This document shows, one piece after another, positions 35,272 to 44,385 of a stretch of DNA of 64,000 nt. A model generated the notes under the pieces. It had not been told where the DNA came from. It worked only from the letters and a program-made list of their open reading frames with translations, and searched no databases. The stretch comes from Candidatus Magasanikbacteria bacterium GW2011_GWA2_37_8. Lineage in GTDB: Bacteria > Patescibacteriota > Patescibacteriia > Magasanikbacterales > GWA2-37-8. The stretch covers positions 1,498 through 65,497 of the forward strand of contig LBTN01000012.1 of NCBI GenBank assembly GCA_000992085.1, given 5' to 3'. Numbering within the stretch: the stretch's first letter is position 1; the number at the start of each line of letters is the position of its first letter. The translations under genes and the position numbers were made by a program.

Positions 35272-36270
35272 ATGACAAATATCGCAATTAATGGTTTCGG
35301 CCGTATTGGCCGGCAGGCTTTTAAAGCTGCTTTTAAGAACAAAAGAATTAAAATTGTTGGCATTAACGATTTAACCGACACCAAAACTTTGGCACATCTT
35401 TTGCAATATGATACCGCCTATGGTAAATATGAATTGCCAGTAACATATGATGAAAAAAATATTATTGTTAAAGGCAAAAAGTTTCCAGTATTTGCCGAAA
35501 AAGATCCAAGTTTCTTGCCTTGGAAAAAATTAAAAGTAGATGTGGTTTTGGAATGTACTGGCCGATTTACCAATAAAGCCGGCGCAGAATTGCATGTAAA
35601 AGCTGGGGCGAATAAAGTAATTATTTCTGCTCCATCAAAAGGTCCTGAAATTCCAACTTATGTGCGATCGGTTAATTGTGGTAAAGTAGGAAAAGAAAAA
35701 TCATTAGTTATTAATAATGCTTCTTGTACCACCAATTGTATTGCCCCAGTAATGGCAATTTTGGATGAAAAATTTGGTATTGAAAAAGCTATGATGAGTA
35801 CAGTACATGGATATACTGCCGATCAAAATTTACAAGATGGCCCACACAAAGATTTGCGTCGGGCACGGGCAGCTGCAGAAAATATTGTGCCCACCACTAC
35901 CGGAGCTGCTAAAGCAGTGGGGGAGGTAAAAACAAATTTACAAGGTATCTTTGATGGTGTAGCTTTTCGCGTGCCAGTGCCTACTTGTTCATTATCAGAT
36001 ATTACCGCAGTTTTAAAAAAGAATGTTACTAAAGAAGAAATTAACAAAGCTTTAATCGATGCCGCCAAAACTGCTCGTTTCGCCGGAGTACTAGATGTAA
36101 CTTTTGAACCACTGGTTTCTTCAGATTTTGTAGGTAATAGTTATTCTTCGATTGTTGATGCCAGCCTAACTAACGTAGTGGGTGGAAATTTGATAAAGGT
36201 AGTTGCTTGGTATGATAACGAATATGGCTATGCCCATCGTTTAATAGAAATGGCAGAATTATTTGCTTAA
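35272..36270 (+). CDS. gap: Glyceraldehyde-3-phosphate dehydrogenase
   Basis: 332 aa. INGFGRIGR, active site ASCTTNC, WYDNEYGY. Confidence 0.95.
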   Translation: MTNIAINGFGRIGRQAFKAAFKNKRIKIVGINDLTDTKTLAHLLQYDTAYGKYELPVTYDEKNIIVKGKKFPVFAEKDPSFLPWKKLKVDVVLECTGRFTNKAGAELHVKAGANKVIISAPSKGPEIPTYVRSVNCGKVGKEKSLVINNASCTTNCIAPVMAILDEKFGIEKAMMSTVHGYTADQNLQDGPHKDLRRARAAAENIVPTTTGAAKAVGEVKTNLQGIFDGVAFRVPVPTCSLSDITAVLKKNVTKEEINKALIDAAKTARFAGVLDVTFEPLVSSDFVGNSYSSIVDASLTNVVGGNLIKVVAWYDNEYGYAHRLIEMAELFA

Positions 36271-36279
36271 TAGTTTATT

Positions 36280-36618
36280 GTGTTAGAATATATCCATCAA
36301 AATTTGGTCGCTGGATGGTGGTTTGAATTAACTTTGGCAGAACAACTAGGGAATGTTGGAAGTGAGGTTGGTAGAGCGGTAAAATGGCATAATAAAAATA
36401 ATTTTAAAAACCGCAATTATGCATTAGACAGAGCGTTTGAATTACTTGATTTGACGATTTTGGATGAACGTTGGCGCGGTGTTAAGTTAAAAGAATTGTG
36501 TCGTGTGCGCGAGTTGTTGGCTGATACTTTTTATGGCGACAGAGAATATCACGACACGCCAGAGAATTTAGAAAAATATTTTTATCAATTTGCTTTGGCG
36601 GCGAGAATAAGTATTTAA
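36280..36618 (+). CDS. Hypothetical helical protein (first gene of a 3-gene cassette)
   Basis: 112 aa, GTG start. Vague resemblance to all-alpha MazG-like NTP pyrophosphohydrolases (LAEQLGNVGSEVGRAV ... LDRAFELLDL), but the acidic metal ligands are not conserved, so no call is made. Confidence 0.35.
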   Translation: MLEYIHQNLVAGWWFELTLAEQLGNVGSEVGRAVKWHNKNNFKNRNYALDRAFELLDLTILDERWRGVKLKELCRVRELLADTFYGDREYHDTPENLEKYFYQFALAARISI

Positions 36619-36620
36619 TT

Positions 36621-37580
36621 ATGTTCAAAACAGTCATCTTAAAATTAATTAACATTAAATATTCTGGCAATTCAATTGGCAACGATGTTCGTGTAGAAAT
36701 TAATGCGCTAAATAATTTTATCAGTGTTGACAAAAAAATTAAGAAAGGACAAAGTGTCGCGTGTCAAGAAACAGTTGGACAATTTTTTGTGGATGGTAAG
36801 TTTTTTAATCCGGAGATAAAAATTACTGTTATTGAAAAAGATTTGTTTTTTAATGATGTTGGAAGTATTTCGGTAAAATTAAAAATAGATTTGGAAAAAA
36901 ATACTACTCAAATTAATAAATGTCAGGTGGAAGTTTATGAAAAGCGTGGAAGAAAAAAAACAAAGAGTAAGCGTGGAGTGTTTGATTTAACATTGGAACC
37001 GACCGTTAAGACGCCTTTCGTTTATGTTCCGGAAACAAAAGATGGTTGGCTAGTTGTTCTGGATAGAAATGGTGAAGAAGTTTCGTTGCCGTCGTATCTC
37101 AAAGTGGAAGTGAAACGTCGAGAGTTAGGGCGCGAATATTTTACGATTTTAGAAGGTGCATTGCGTGGAGGAGAATATTCAGTTAAGTGTCCAGATGATA
37201 TTTCAGTTTTTATGATTAACGACAATCATCACACCAAGCTGGTGCAGGTTACTTACTCAATATCAAATAAAATTTTATGTTTGTCCGATAAGAAATATCA
37301 AACTACTGATTATGAAGGCGCGCCTTGGGTTAAAGGTTTGTATGATATAGAGATCCCAGATTTTCCTCATCCGGGAGGTTTGTATTATGATAATGCCAAA
37401 AATCCGACAGTATGGTTTCGTGTCGGCCATAGCGGTGAGCGTTATATCCATACCGGTCGTCATTCTTTAGGTTGTATTACTGTATTAGACCAAAAGAAAT
37501 GGGGAGAAATTTATAATATATTGATTAGAGCACGCAAAGGTGACGGCCAAAGCATCGGAGTATTAGAAGTTATTGAATAA
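36621..37580 (+). CDS. Protein with C-terminal L,D-transpeptidase-like (YkuD/DUF2778-like) His...Gly-Cys motif; no signal peptide
   Basis: 319 aa. The C-terminal GLYDIEIPDFPHPGG...WFRVGHSGERYIHTGRHSLGCITVLDQKKWGEIYNIL resembles the IH...S-x-GC(I/V) catalytic signature. The N-terminal 230 aa are unrecognised. Confidence 0.45.
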   Translation: MFKTVILKLINIKYSGNSIGNDVRVEINALNNFISVDKKIKKGQSVACQETVGQFFVDGKFFNPEIKITVIEKDLFFNDVGSISVKLKIDLEKNTTQINKCQVEVYEKRGRKKTKSKRGVFDLTLEPTVKTPFVYVPETKDGWLVVLDRNGEEVSLPSYLKVEVKRRELGREYFTILEGALRGGEYSVKCPDDISVFMINDNHHTKLVQVTYSISNKILCLSDKKYQTTDYEGAPWVKGLYDIEIPDFPHPGGLYYDNAKNPTVWFRVGHSGERYIHTGRHSLGCITVLDQKKWGEIYNILIRARKGDGQSIGVLEVIE

Positions 37581-37581
37581 T

Positions 37582-38097
37582 ATGAAAGTAATTTACATTA
37601 AAATTGTTATAATATTAGCAATGACAATCGCGATAGCAACATTTGTGACGTGGCATTATCCATTTGGCGTAAAAAGCTACAAAGGTATAACGTTTGGTAT
37701 GGATACATTTGAAAAAGCTGGAGAATCCACCGGCTGGGCTTCGCCTGATGATCGTGTTCCAACCTCTAGTTTTTATGTACGCGCTTTCGGAGATGAATCT
37801 TTTTGTATTGGCTCGATGTGTGGTATAGGTGGATATTTTGTTGATTGTCTAGGTGGTTGGATTTCGGCTTATAGACAAGCGCAAATGTTAGATGATAGTA
37901 TTGATTTATCAATAGAAGATGTTGCTTCTGGGAAAGAGCTGGTGGTTACAGTTGCCAACGCCAACGGTAAAATTGTTGGCATTTATCCAGGCGCTCGAGT
38001 TAGAAATTTGCCATATATTTTGCGCAATCACCGTGATTTAATAGACGTGGAGAAATGGCAAATGTGTTCTAATATTTTGCCACGATGGTGGAAATAA
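37582..38097 (+). CDS. Membrane-anchored hypothetical protein (candidate cognate partner of the preceding gene)
   Basis: ORF track starts at TTG 37573. The ATG at 37582 (MKVIYIKIVIILAMTIAIATFV = signal anchor) comes 2 nt after the upstream stop. Confidence 0.4.
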   Translation: MKVIYIKIVIILAMTIAIATFVTWHYPFGVKSYKGITFGMDTFEKAGESTGWASPDDRVPTSSFYVRAFGDESFCIGSMCGIGGYFVDCLGGWISAYRQAQMLDDSIDLSIEDVASGKELVVTVANANGKIVGIYPGARVRNLPYILRNHRDLIDVEKWQMCSNILPRWWK

Positions 38098-38115
38098 TTT
38101 ATTTAATTTAATATT

Positions 38116-39504
38116 ATGCGTATTCCAATAATCGAAACAGTCGGTAAGGTGGGTGTTGAGGTAATTTTAAAAGGATGGGTGAATGCCAGACGTGATATGG
38201 GCAAGATTGTATTTTTGGATTTGCGCGATCGTTCGGCGGTGGCGCAAATTGTTGGCGTGCCAGCCGAAATGGATGAAAAATCTTTGGAAGAAATAAAACG
38301 TGTGCGTTTAGAATACTTGGTGGAATTACGTGGTATTGTGCAGGCTCGTAGTGAGAAACAAAAAAATCTCGAGATGCCAACTGGTACAATAGAAATTTTA
38401 GTTAAAGAAATAAAAATTATTTCTGAATCACAAGCCATGCCATTTGATGTTAGTCAAGATACACGCATAATTAGTGAGGAACTTCGTCTTAAATATCGTT
38501 ATTTAGATATTCGCAGTGAGCGTCTAAAAAAGAATTTGGAAATGCGCCACAAGATGAACCAGTTTTTACGTAATTATTTAACTGAGAAAAATTTTTGGGA
38601 GATTGAAACCCCGTATATTACCAAAGGCACGCCCGAAGGTGCGCGTGAGTTTTTGGTACCATCCAGATTACATCCCGGTAATTTTTATGTGTTACCGCAA
38701 TCGCCACAACAATTTAAACAGTTATTAATGGTAGCAGGAGTAGAAAAATATTTCCAAATTGCCAGATGTTTTCGTGATGAAGACAATCGTGGCGATCGTC
38801 AGCCAGAGTTTACTCAACTTGATATGGAAATGTCGTTTTTAGAAGAAAAAGATATAAGAAGTTTGATCGAAGAAATGACAATCGAATTAGTAGAAAAAGT
38901 TTTTCCACATTTACATATTTCACAAATACCTTTTCCAGTTTTAACTTATGCTGAAGCAATGGAAAAATATGGTAACGATAAACCAGATTTAAGAAAGGAC
39001 AAAAAAGATAAAACTGAATTAGCTTTTGGTTGGATAGTAGATTTTCCTTTGTTTGTAAAAAGTGAGACCGATGATTGTTTGGTGGCGTCCCACCATCCTT
39101 TTACACGACCACAAGATAGTGATTTAGAATTGCTTGATACTGCACCAGAAAAAGTAAAAGCCTGTGCTTATGATCTTGCTTTAAATGGTTTTGAAATTGC
39201 TGGTGGGAGTCTTCGTATTTTTGATCACGCTTTGCAAAAAAAGATTTTCCAAATTTTGGGTGTATCTGAAGAAGATATTAATATTCGCTTTGGTCATATA
39301 CTTGAAGCTTTTACCTTTGGTGTACCTCCACATGGTGGTATTGCTTTTGGTTTAGATAGATTAATCGCCATACTTCAAGGTGAAGAAAATATCCGCGAAG
39401 TAATTGCTTTCCCCAAAACCGGCGATGCTAGAGATCTAATGATGGGTGCACCAAGCACATTGCCAGAGCAAGCTTTAAAAGATGTGCATATTAAGTCAAT
39501 TTAG
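38116..39504 (+). CDS. aspS: Aspartate--tRNA ligase, bacterial-type core lacking the GAD insertion domain
   Basis: 462 aa. OB-fold N-terminus, motif 2 FRDEDNRGDRQPEFTQLDMEMSF, motif 3 GGIAFGLDRL. The sequence goes from YGNDKPDLRKDKKDKTELAFGWIVDFPLF directly, where E. coli AspRS has about 130 extra residues. Confidence 0.9.
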   Translation: MRIPIIETVGKVGVEVILKGWVNARRDMGKIVFLDLRDRSAVAQIVGVPAEMDEKSLEEIKRVRLEYLVELRGIVQARSEKQKNLEMPTGTIEILVKEIKIISESQAMPFDVSQDTRIISEELRLKYRYLDIRSERLKKNLEMRHKMNQFLRNYLTEKNFWEIETPYITKGTPEGAREFLVPSRLHPGNFYVLPQSPQQFKQLLMVAGVEKYFQIARCFRDEDNRGDRQPEFTQLDMEMSFLEEKDIRSLIEEMTIELVEKVFPHLHISQIPFPVLTYAEAMEKYGNDKPDLRKDKKDKTELAFGWIVDFPLFVKSETDDCLVASHHPFTRPQDSDLELLDTAPEKVKACAYDLALNGFEIAGGSLRIFDHALQKKIFQILGVSEEDINIRFGHILEAFTFGVPPHGGIAFGLDRLIAILQGEENIREVIAFPKTGDARDLMMGAPSTLPEQALKDVHIKSI

Positions 39505-39522
39505 GAATTAGAAATTTTTATC

Positions 39523-39807
39523 ATGTTATCTGCCCTGCAAATAAACATTTTAAAGGAGTGTTATGAAAACAGGGGAAAAATTAATCGTCGTATATTTTTA
39601 CGGTTATACAAAGACAAAAAAACCAAAACCACACCTGTAAAAATTATTACCCAAAGTTTAGAACGCTTGATTCGTCGGGGGTATATTATTGGTTATTGTG
39701 TACACAAATCGGACAAGTGTTTTATAAGCGATATTAAAATTACCGCTCTTGGCAAACATACCTATGAAGATTGGTGGGAGAAGAGGCAAGCAAAATTACC
39801 ATTTTAA
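39523..39807 (+). CDS. Small hypothetical protein (possible winged-helix)
   Basis: 94 aa basic ORF. No motif recognised. Confidence 0.35.
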   Translation: MLSALQINILKECYENRGKINRRIFLRLYKDKKTKTTPVKIITQSLERLIRRGYIIGYCVHKSDKCFISDIKITALGKHTYEDWWEKRQAKLPF

Positions 39808-39809
39808 AA

Positions 39810-40502
39810 ATGAAACAAGAAATTAAGTTAGAGAAATTTGAAGGACCGCTAGATTTACTTTTGCAATTAATTGAATTAGAAAAAGTAAATATTAGCGAGG
39901 TGGCTTTGTCGGACGTGACTGAGCAATTTTTAAATTTTTTAGATAAGATGGGTGAAGAGCGTTCGGATGAGTTGGCAGATTTTTTAGTAATTGCTACCAA
40001 ACTAGTTTATTTAAAATCAAAAAACCTATTACCCTATTTATATCCCGAAGAAGACGAAGGGCCAAGCTTGGCCGACCAGCTGAAGATGTATCAACAATAT
40101 GTGGAAGCGAGTAAAAAGATTAATATTTTGTGGGAACAAAATCGAGTGGCCTATGGGCGTGTTGAACCGCCAGTTAAACAAGCAGGTTTTGTTTTGCCAG
40201 CCAATGCTCAGATTACCGATTTGCAGCGTTCGATAGAATATTTGGTTATTCGGTTGCGTCCAGTTAACCCATTACCACAAGTTAATATTGATCATTCTAT
40301 TTCTGTTAAACAAAGGGTAGAATCAATTTTTAATTTGTTAAAAACACACAAGCAGATGAGTTTTGGTAATTTGTTGTCTTCGGTCAGCAACAAAACAGAT
40401 GTAATTGTAAGTTTTTTGGCCTTATTAGAATTAATGCGTGAAGCGAAAGCGGCCGTAAAACAGGGCGATGCATTTGGAGAACTGGAAGTTAGTTTGGTTT
40501 AA
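39810..40502 (+). CDS. scpA: Segregation and condensation protein A (kleisin)
   Basis: ORF track starts at 39771. The ATG at 39810 gives MKQEIKLEKFEGPLDLLLQLIE, the canonical ScpA N-terminus. Confidence 0.85.
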   Translation: MKQEIKLEKFEGPLDLLLQLIELEKVNISEVALSDVTEQFLNFLDKMGEERSDELADFLVIATKLVYLKSKNLLPYLYPEEDEGPSLADQLKMYQQYVEASKKINILWEQNRVAYGRVEPPVKQAGFVLPANAQITDLQRSIEYLVIRLRPVNPLPQVNIDHSISVKQRVESIFNLLKTHKQMSFGNLLSSVSNKTDVIVSFLALLELMREAKAAVKQGDAFGELEVSLV

Positions 40503-40562
40503 ATTGTTAAACTATTAAATTGCTAAATTGTTAGAATTGGTATTTTAGAATAATAATATTTT

Positions 40563-41102
40563 ATGTTAACCTCAAAATTAGAATCAATTTTATTCGTCGC
40601 TTCTAAACCATTGGCGGTAAAGAAGTTGGTTAAGGTTTTAAATATAGATGATAAGGCAGTGGTTGTAGCGCTTGAAGAATTACGGACAAAATATAACCAT
40701 GCAGATTCCGGTATTATCTTATTACAAAATAATGATGAATGGCAAATGGTGTCAAATCCTGATAATCGTGAAGCGGCTGAAAATTTTTTAAAGGCAGAAG
40801 TCTCTGGCGAATTAACCCGACCGCAATTAGAAACTTTAACGGTTGTTTCTTATTGTGGCCCAATAACCAAGCCAGAGTTAGAGCAAATTCGTGGTGTAAA
40901 TTGTAGTTTGATTTTACGCAATCTTATGATGCGTGGGCTTGTGAAAGAAGTGGAAGACCCAGCCAACTTATTGCCTACTTTTGAGGCGACTATGGATTAT
41001 TTGCGTCATTTGGGGTTGAATAGTTTGAGTGAGTTGCCAGATTATGATAAACTGCACCAGCACGAAAATATTGTTAATATGTTAAACTCGTCGCCGGTTT
41101 AA
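40563..41102 (+). CDS. scpB: Segregation and condensation protein B
   Basis: 179 aa. LESILFVASKPL, two winged-helix repeats, follows scpA. Confidence 0.85.
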   Translation: MLTSKLESILFVASKPLAVKKLVKVLNIDDKAVVVALEELRTKYNHADSGIILLQNNDEWQMVSNPDNREAAENFLKAEVSGELTRPQLETLTVVSYCGPITKPELEQIRGVNCSLILRNLMMRGLVKEVEDPANLLPTFEATMDYLRHLGLNSLSELPDYDKLHQHENIVNMLNSSPV

Positions 41103-41137
41103 TTTAAATAAAGGGTAGCGAATGAATTTGATTAATT

Positions 41138-42079
41138 ATGTCAAAAAAATTATTTGATTTTATTTCTTCTTTTGGGATGATGCTGGTCGGCGTTTTTTTA
41201 TTATTCGCGAACACAGTTTCTTTTTCTCCGACTGGTCGACAGTGGTTAAAATTACCAGTGTCTAATCCCCGACAATTGATAGGTGGTGATGCGATCGCCG
41301 AAAATTTGCCGGTTTTGCGTCCTACTGTTCCTTTGCAGAAAAATAAAAATAATTTTGTCGGAGTGTTAACTGCTCAATCGGTTATAGTGGTAGATAACAA
41401 GACAGAAGCAGTTTTGTTCGAGAAAAATAGCGACGCAATTCGACCTCTAGCCAGTGTAACCAAATTGATGAGTGCTTTGGTACTATTAGATTTACCAATA
41501 CAATGGTCTACTACCACAGAAATTTTTGAGACTGATGATGTTGGTAGTAGCCATATTATTAATGCAGGAGAAAAATTTACTGCTGATGATTTATGGCATG
41601 TAGGTTTAATTGGCTCATCTAATAGTGCTATTAATGCCTTGGTAAGAATTAGCGGTTTAACTCCTACTCAATTTGCAGCACGAATGAATCGAAAAGCACG
41701 TGATTTACAATTAACTTCTGCTCATTTTGTAGAGGCTACTGGTTTAGATGCAGATAATATTGCCAGTGTACGTGATGTTGCCAAACTTTTAAAAATTGCT
41801 TTACAAAAAGACAAAATATTACAAACAGTGCAAATTGGTGAATATTATATACATCCTTTAGGTAAAGATAAGCCACGACGAGTATGGAGTACCGATTGGC
41901 TTTTAACTAAGTGGGTTCCGAGTAATTTTACTGTATCTCAGATTGCTGGTAAAACGGGTTTTATTAATGAGTCTGGTTATAATTTTGCGGTACATTTAAG
42001 TGATAATAATGGTCATGCGGTGCGTGTTATAGTTTTTGGTGCGTCTACCAACGAAAATCGTTTTATCTATGAATATTAG
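41138..42079 (+). CDS. D-alanyl-D-alanine carboxypeptidase (serine peptidase S11, PBP5-like)
   Basis: 313 aa. SxxK (ASVTKLM), SxN (SSNS), KTG (GKTGFI). N-terminal TM. Confidence 0.75.
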   Translation: MSKKLFDFISSFGMMLVGVFLLFANTVSFSPTGRQWLKLPVSNPRQLIGGDAIAENLPVLRPTVPLQKNKNNFVGVLTAQSVIVVDNKTEAVLFEKNSDAIRPLASVTKLMSALVLLDLPIQWSTTTEIFETDDVGSSHIINAGEKFTADDLWHVGLIGSSNSAINALVRISGLTPTQFAARMNRKARDLQLTSAHFVEATGLDADNIASVRDVAKLLKIALQKDKILQTVQIGEYYIHPLGKDKPRRVWSTDWLLTKWVPSNFTVSQIAGKTGFINESGYNFAVHLSDNNGHAVRVIVFGASTNENRFIYEY

Positions 42080-43304
42080 AACGATTAAACAAATTAAAAA
42101 TTTAAATAACCAGCGAGTTTTAGTACGGGTAGACTTTAATGTGCCTATTAAGAATGGCAAGGTAATTGATGATAATAGAATTAAATTATCTGTGCCAACG
42201 ATTGAATATTTGCTCAAGAAAAAAGCTAAAGTAATTTTGCTTACACATCTTGGGCGTCCAATCGGATATGACGGAAAAGGTAAAAGCGGTTATGATAATA
42301 GTTTTAGTTTAAAACCAGTAGTAAAAAGAGCTGGCGAATTATTGGGAAGGCCAATAAAATTTATAGCCGACCAAAAAATTGGGAGACCAGATGATCAACA
42401 AATTTATTTTGCTAATGCAAAAAGTGAAATTGAAAAAATGAAGGCAGGCGAAATTGTTATGTTAGAAAACATGAGATTTTTCCCTGAAGAGGCAAAAGAA
42501 ATTAGTAGATTAAGTAAAAAAATTGCTGAATTAGGAGAAGTTGTTGTTTTAGACTGTTTTGCAGTTGCTCATCGGGAAGCAGCTTCAGTATCGGGAGTAA
42601 CCAAATATCTGCCAACTTATGCTGGGTTTTTGTTAGAAAAAGAAATCGTTAATCTAGGTAAGGCAACAGAAGATCCAAAAAAACCTCTAGTGGTTGTATT
42701 GGGTGGCGTAAAGATGGAAACTAAAATTCCAGTTTTAAAGCAGTTGTTATCTAAAGCTGATTATATATTAATAGGAGGAGGATTAGCGAATACATATTTT
42801 TGGGCCAAGGGGTATAAAGTTGGTAATTCGGTAATTGATAAAGGATATAAAAAAGAAGCTCTAAAATTATTTAAAAATAAAAAAGTGATTTTACCAGTTG
42901 ATTTAGTAGTGGGGGATGAAAATGGTTTAAAAATTGAAGTTTTAAAAATTGATTCAAAATTCAAAATTCAAAATTCAAAACTATCAATATATGATATTGG
43001 CCCAGAGACGATTGGTTTGTTTGCAGAATGTCTCAAGCACGCTAAAACCATAATTTGGAATGGGGCGATGGGTTATTTTGAGAAGCACCCATATGAATAT
43101 GGTACTTATGCAGTGGCAAATTTGGTAGCCGATCAATCTAGTGGTAAGACTTTTGGTGTTTGCGGTGGTGGCGAGACGGTAGAAGTGTTAAAAAAGGTAA
43201 ATTTGTTAAATGATATTGATTTGGTTTCGACTGGCGGCGGTGCGATGTTAGAGTTTTTAAGTGGAAAAAAATTACCCGGTGTTCGGGCAGTACAAATTAA
43301 ATAA
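42069..43304 (+). CDS. pgk: Phosphoglycerate kinase
   Basis: ORF track starts at 42036. The ATG at 42069 gives MNIRTIKQIKNLNNQRVLVRVDFNVP. It overlaps the 3' end of the preceding gene by 11 nt. GGGLANTY, GGGETV and STGGGA motifs. Confidence 0.95.
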   Translation: MNIRTIKQIKNLNNQRVLVRVDFNVPIKNGKVIDDNRIKLSVPTIEYLLKKKAKVILLTHLGRPIGYDGKGKSGYDNSFSLKPVVKRAGELLGRPIKFIADQKIGRPDDQQIYFANAKSEIEKMKAGEIVMLENMRFFPEEAKEISRLSKKIAELGEVVVLDCFAVAHREAASVSGVTKYLPTYAGFLLEKEIVNLGKATEDPKKPLVVVLGGVKMETKIPVLKQLLSKADYILIGGGLANTYFWAKGYKVGNSVIDKGYKKEALKLFKNKKVILPVDLVVGDENGLKIEVLKIDSKFKIQNSKLSIYDIGPETIGLFAECLKHAKTIIWNGAMGYFEKHPYEYGTYAVANLVADQSSGKTFGVCGGGETVEVLKKVNLLNDIDLVSTGGGAMLEFLSGKKLPGVRAVQIK

Positions 43305-43363
43305 TTTAGTTATTATTAATTGAATTAATCAGCATACGCTTATTAATTCGGAGGAAACTATTT

Positions 43364-44227
43364 ATGTCAATACAAAATAGTGCCAAAACCTCGCTCTCTG
43401 CTAAAAAAGAATGTTGCGGAGAAGGTGGTTGCGGTACGGGTTGTAGTTGTAATCATTGTTGGGGCAGTGATTTTGTTAAAAAGCTTGTAATTACCTTGGC
43501 CACGGTGTTTTTGGTTTACATGATATTTTTTGTGGGTACTTTAATGCGTAATAATCTAAAAAAATTCAATTATATTGGCATGGCCGACAAAATGGAAAGA
43601 ACCATTATGGTATCTGGTTATGGTAAAATTTCGGGCAACAACGATATCGCCATGACAACCATTGGTTATTCTAATACAGATAAAGATGTCGCCAAGGCTC
43701 AGGAGAACAATAAAAAAGTAATGGACCAAGTTATGTCCGAATTAAAGAAGATGGGTATTGCGGAGAAAGATCTGCAAAGCAACTATACCATTTATCCAGA
43801 TTATAGTTATACCCCAGATAAAGGCCAAGAGCTAAAAGGTTATCGTGTTTCTAATCAGTTAACTATCAAGATTAGAGATTTAAGTAAAATTACCACTATA
43901 TTAGGTTTGGCTGGAAAGTATGGCGCAACTGAAATTGGTGGTTTAAATTTTACGATTGATGATCCAGAGAATTTAAAATCAGAATCACGTGTCAAAGCTT
44001 TAGCAGATGCTAAAACTAAAGCATTGTTTTTAGCAAATTCTTTAGGCGTGCGTTTGGGCGGGGTAGTATCTTATAACGAATATGAATCAACCGGAGATTT
44101 TTATAATATGAAAGTAATGTCTGCGGCTGAAGGTGGTGGTATGGGGGGTGCTCCAGAAGCCGTAGCTGCCGGCAGTAAAGATGGGGTAATGAATGTAAAT
44201 GTAACTTACGAGATTTTATCACGTTAA
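43364..44227 (+). CDS. SIMPL (DUF541) domain protein with Cys-rich N-terminal tail and TM anchor
   Basis: 287 aa. KKECCGEGGCGTGCSCNHCWG (8 Cys in 18 aa), then a TM, then a SIMPL-like body (GYRVSNQLTIKIRDL...). Confidence 0.7.
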   Translation: MSIQNSAKTSLSAKKECCGEGGCGTGCSCNHCWGSDFVKKLVITLATVFLVYMIFFVGTLMRNNLKKFNYIGMADKMERTIMVSGYGKISGNNDIAMTTIGYSNTDKDVAKAQENNKKVMDQVMSELKKMGIAEKDLQSNYTIYPDYSYTPDKGQELKGYRVSNQLTIKIRDLSKITTILGLAGKYGATEIGGLNFTIDDPENLKSESRVKALADAKTKALFLANSLGVRLGGVVSYNEYESTGDFYNMKVMSAAEGGGMGGAPEAVAAGSKDGVMNVNVTYEILSR

Positions 44228-44241
44228 TTTATCCAATTTTT

Positions 44242-44276
44242 AGCCCTGCTTCACTAAAGAAGTGGGGCTTTTTTTA
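44242..44276 (+). terminator. Intrinsic terminator
   Basis: Imperfect stem agccctgcttc / gaagtggggct followed by T7. Confidence 0.5.
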
Positions 44277-44305
44277 CTTTTACGGCTGTGATATAATATA
44301 AGGCG

Positions 44306-44380
44306 TAAGGATTAAGGAGAAAGGAATAAAATAGTTAATTTTATTTTTTCTTAATCCTTAATCCTTATTCTTTATTCCTT
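44306..44380 (+). promoter_or_regulatory. Long AT-rich hairpin with alternative pairing in the eno 5' UTR
   Basis: taaggattaagg (44306-44317) pairs perfectly with ccttaatcctta (44356-44367). Inner helices are agaaa/tttct and aataaaat/attttatt. aaggaataaa (44322-44331) can instead pair with tttattcctt (44371-44380), 5 nt before the ATG. Extended -10 TGaTATAAT at 44289-44297. Confidence 0.4.
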
Positions 44381-44385
44381 AATTT

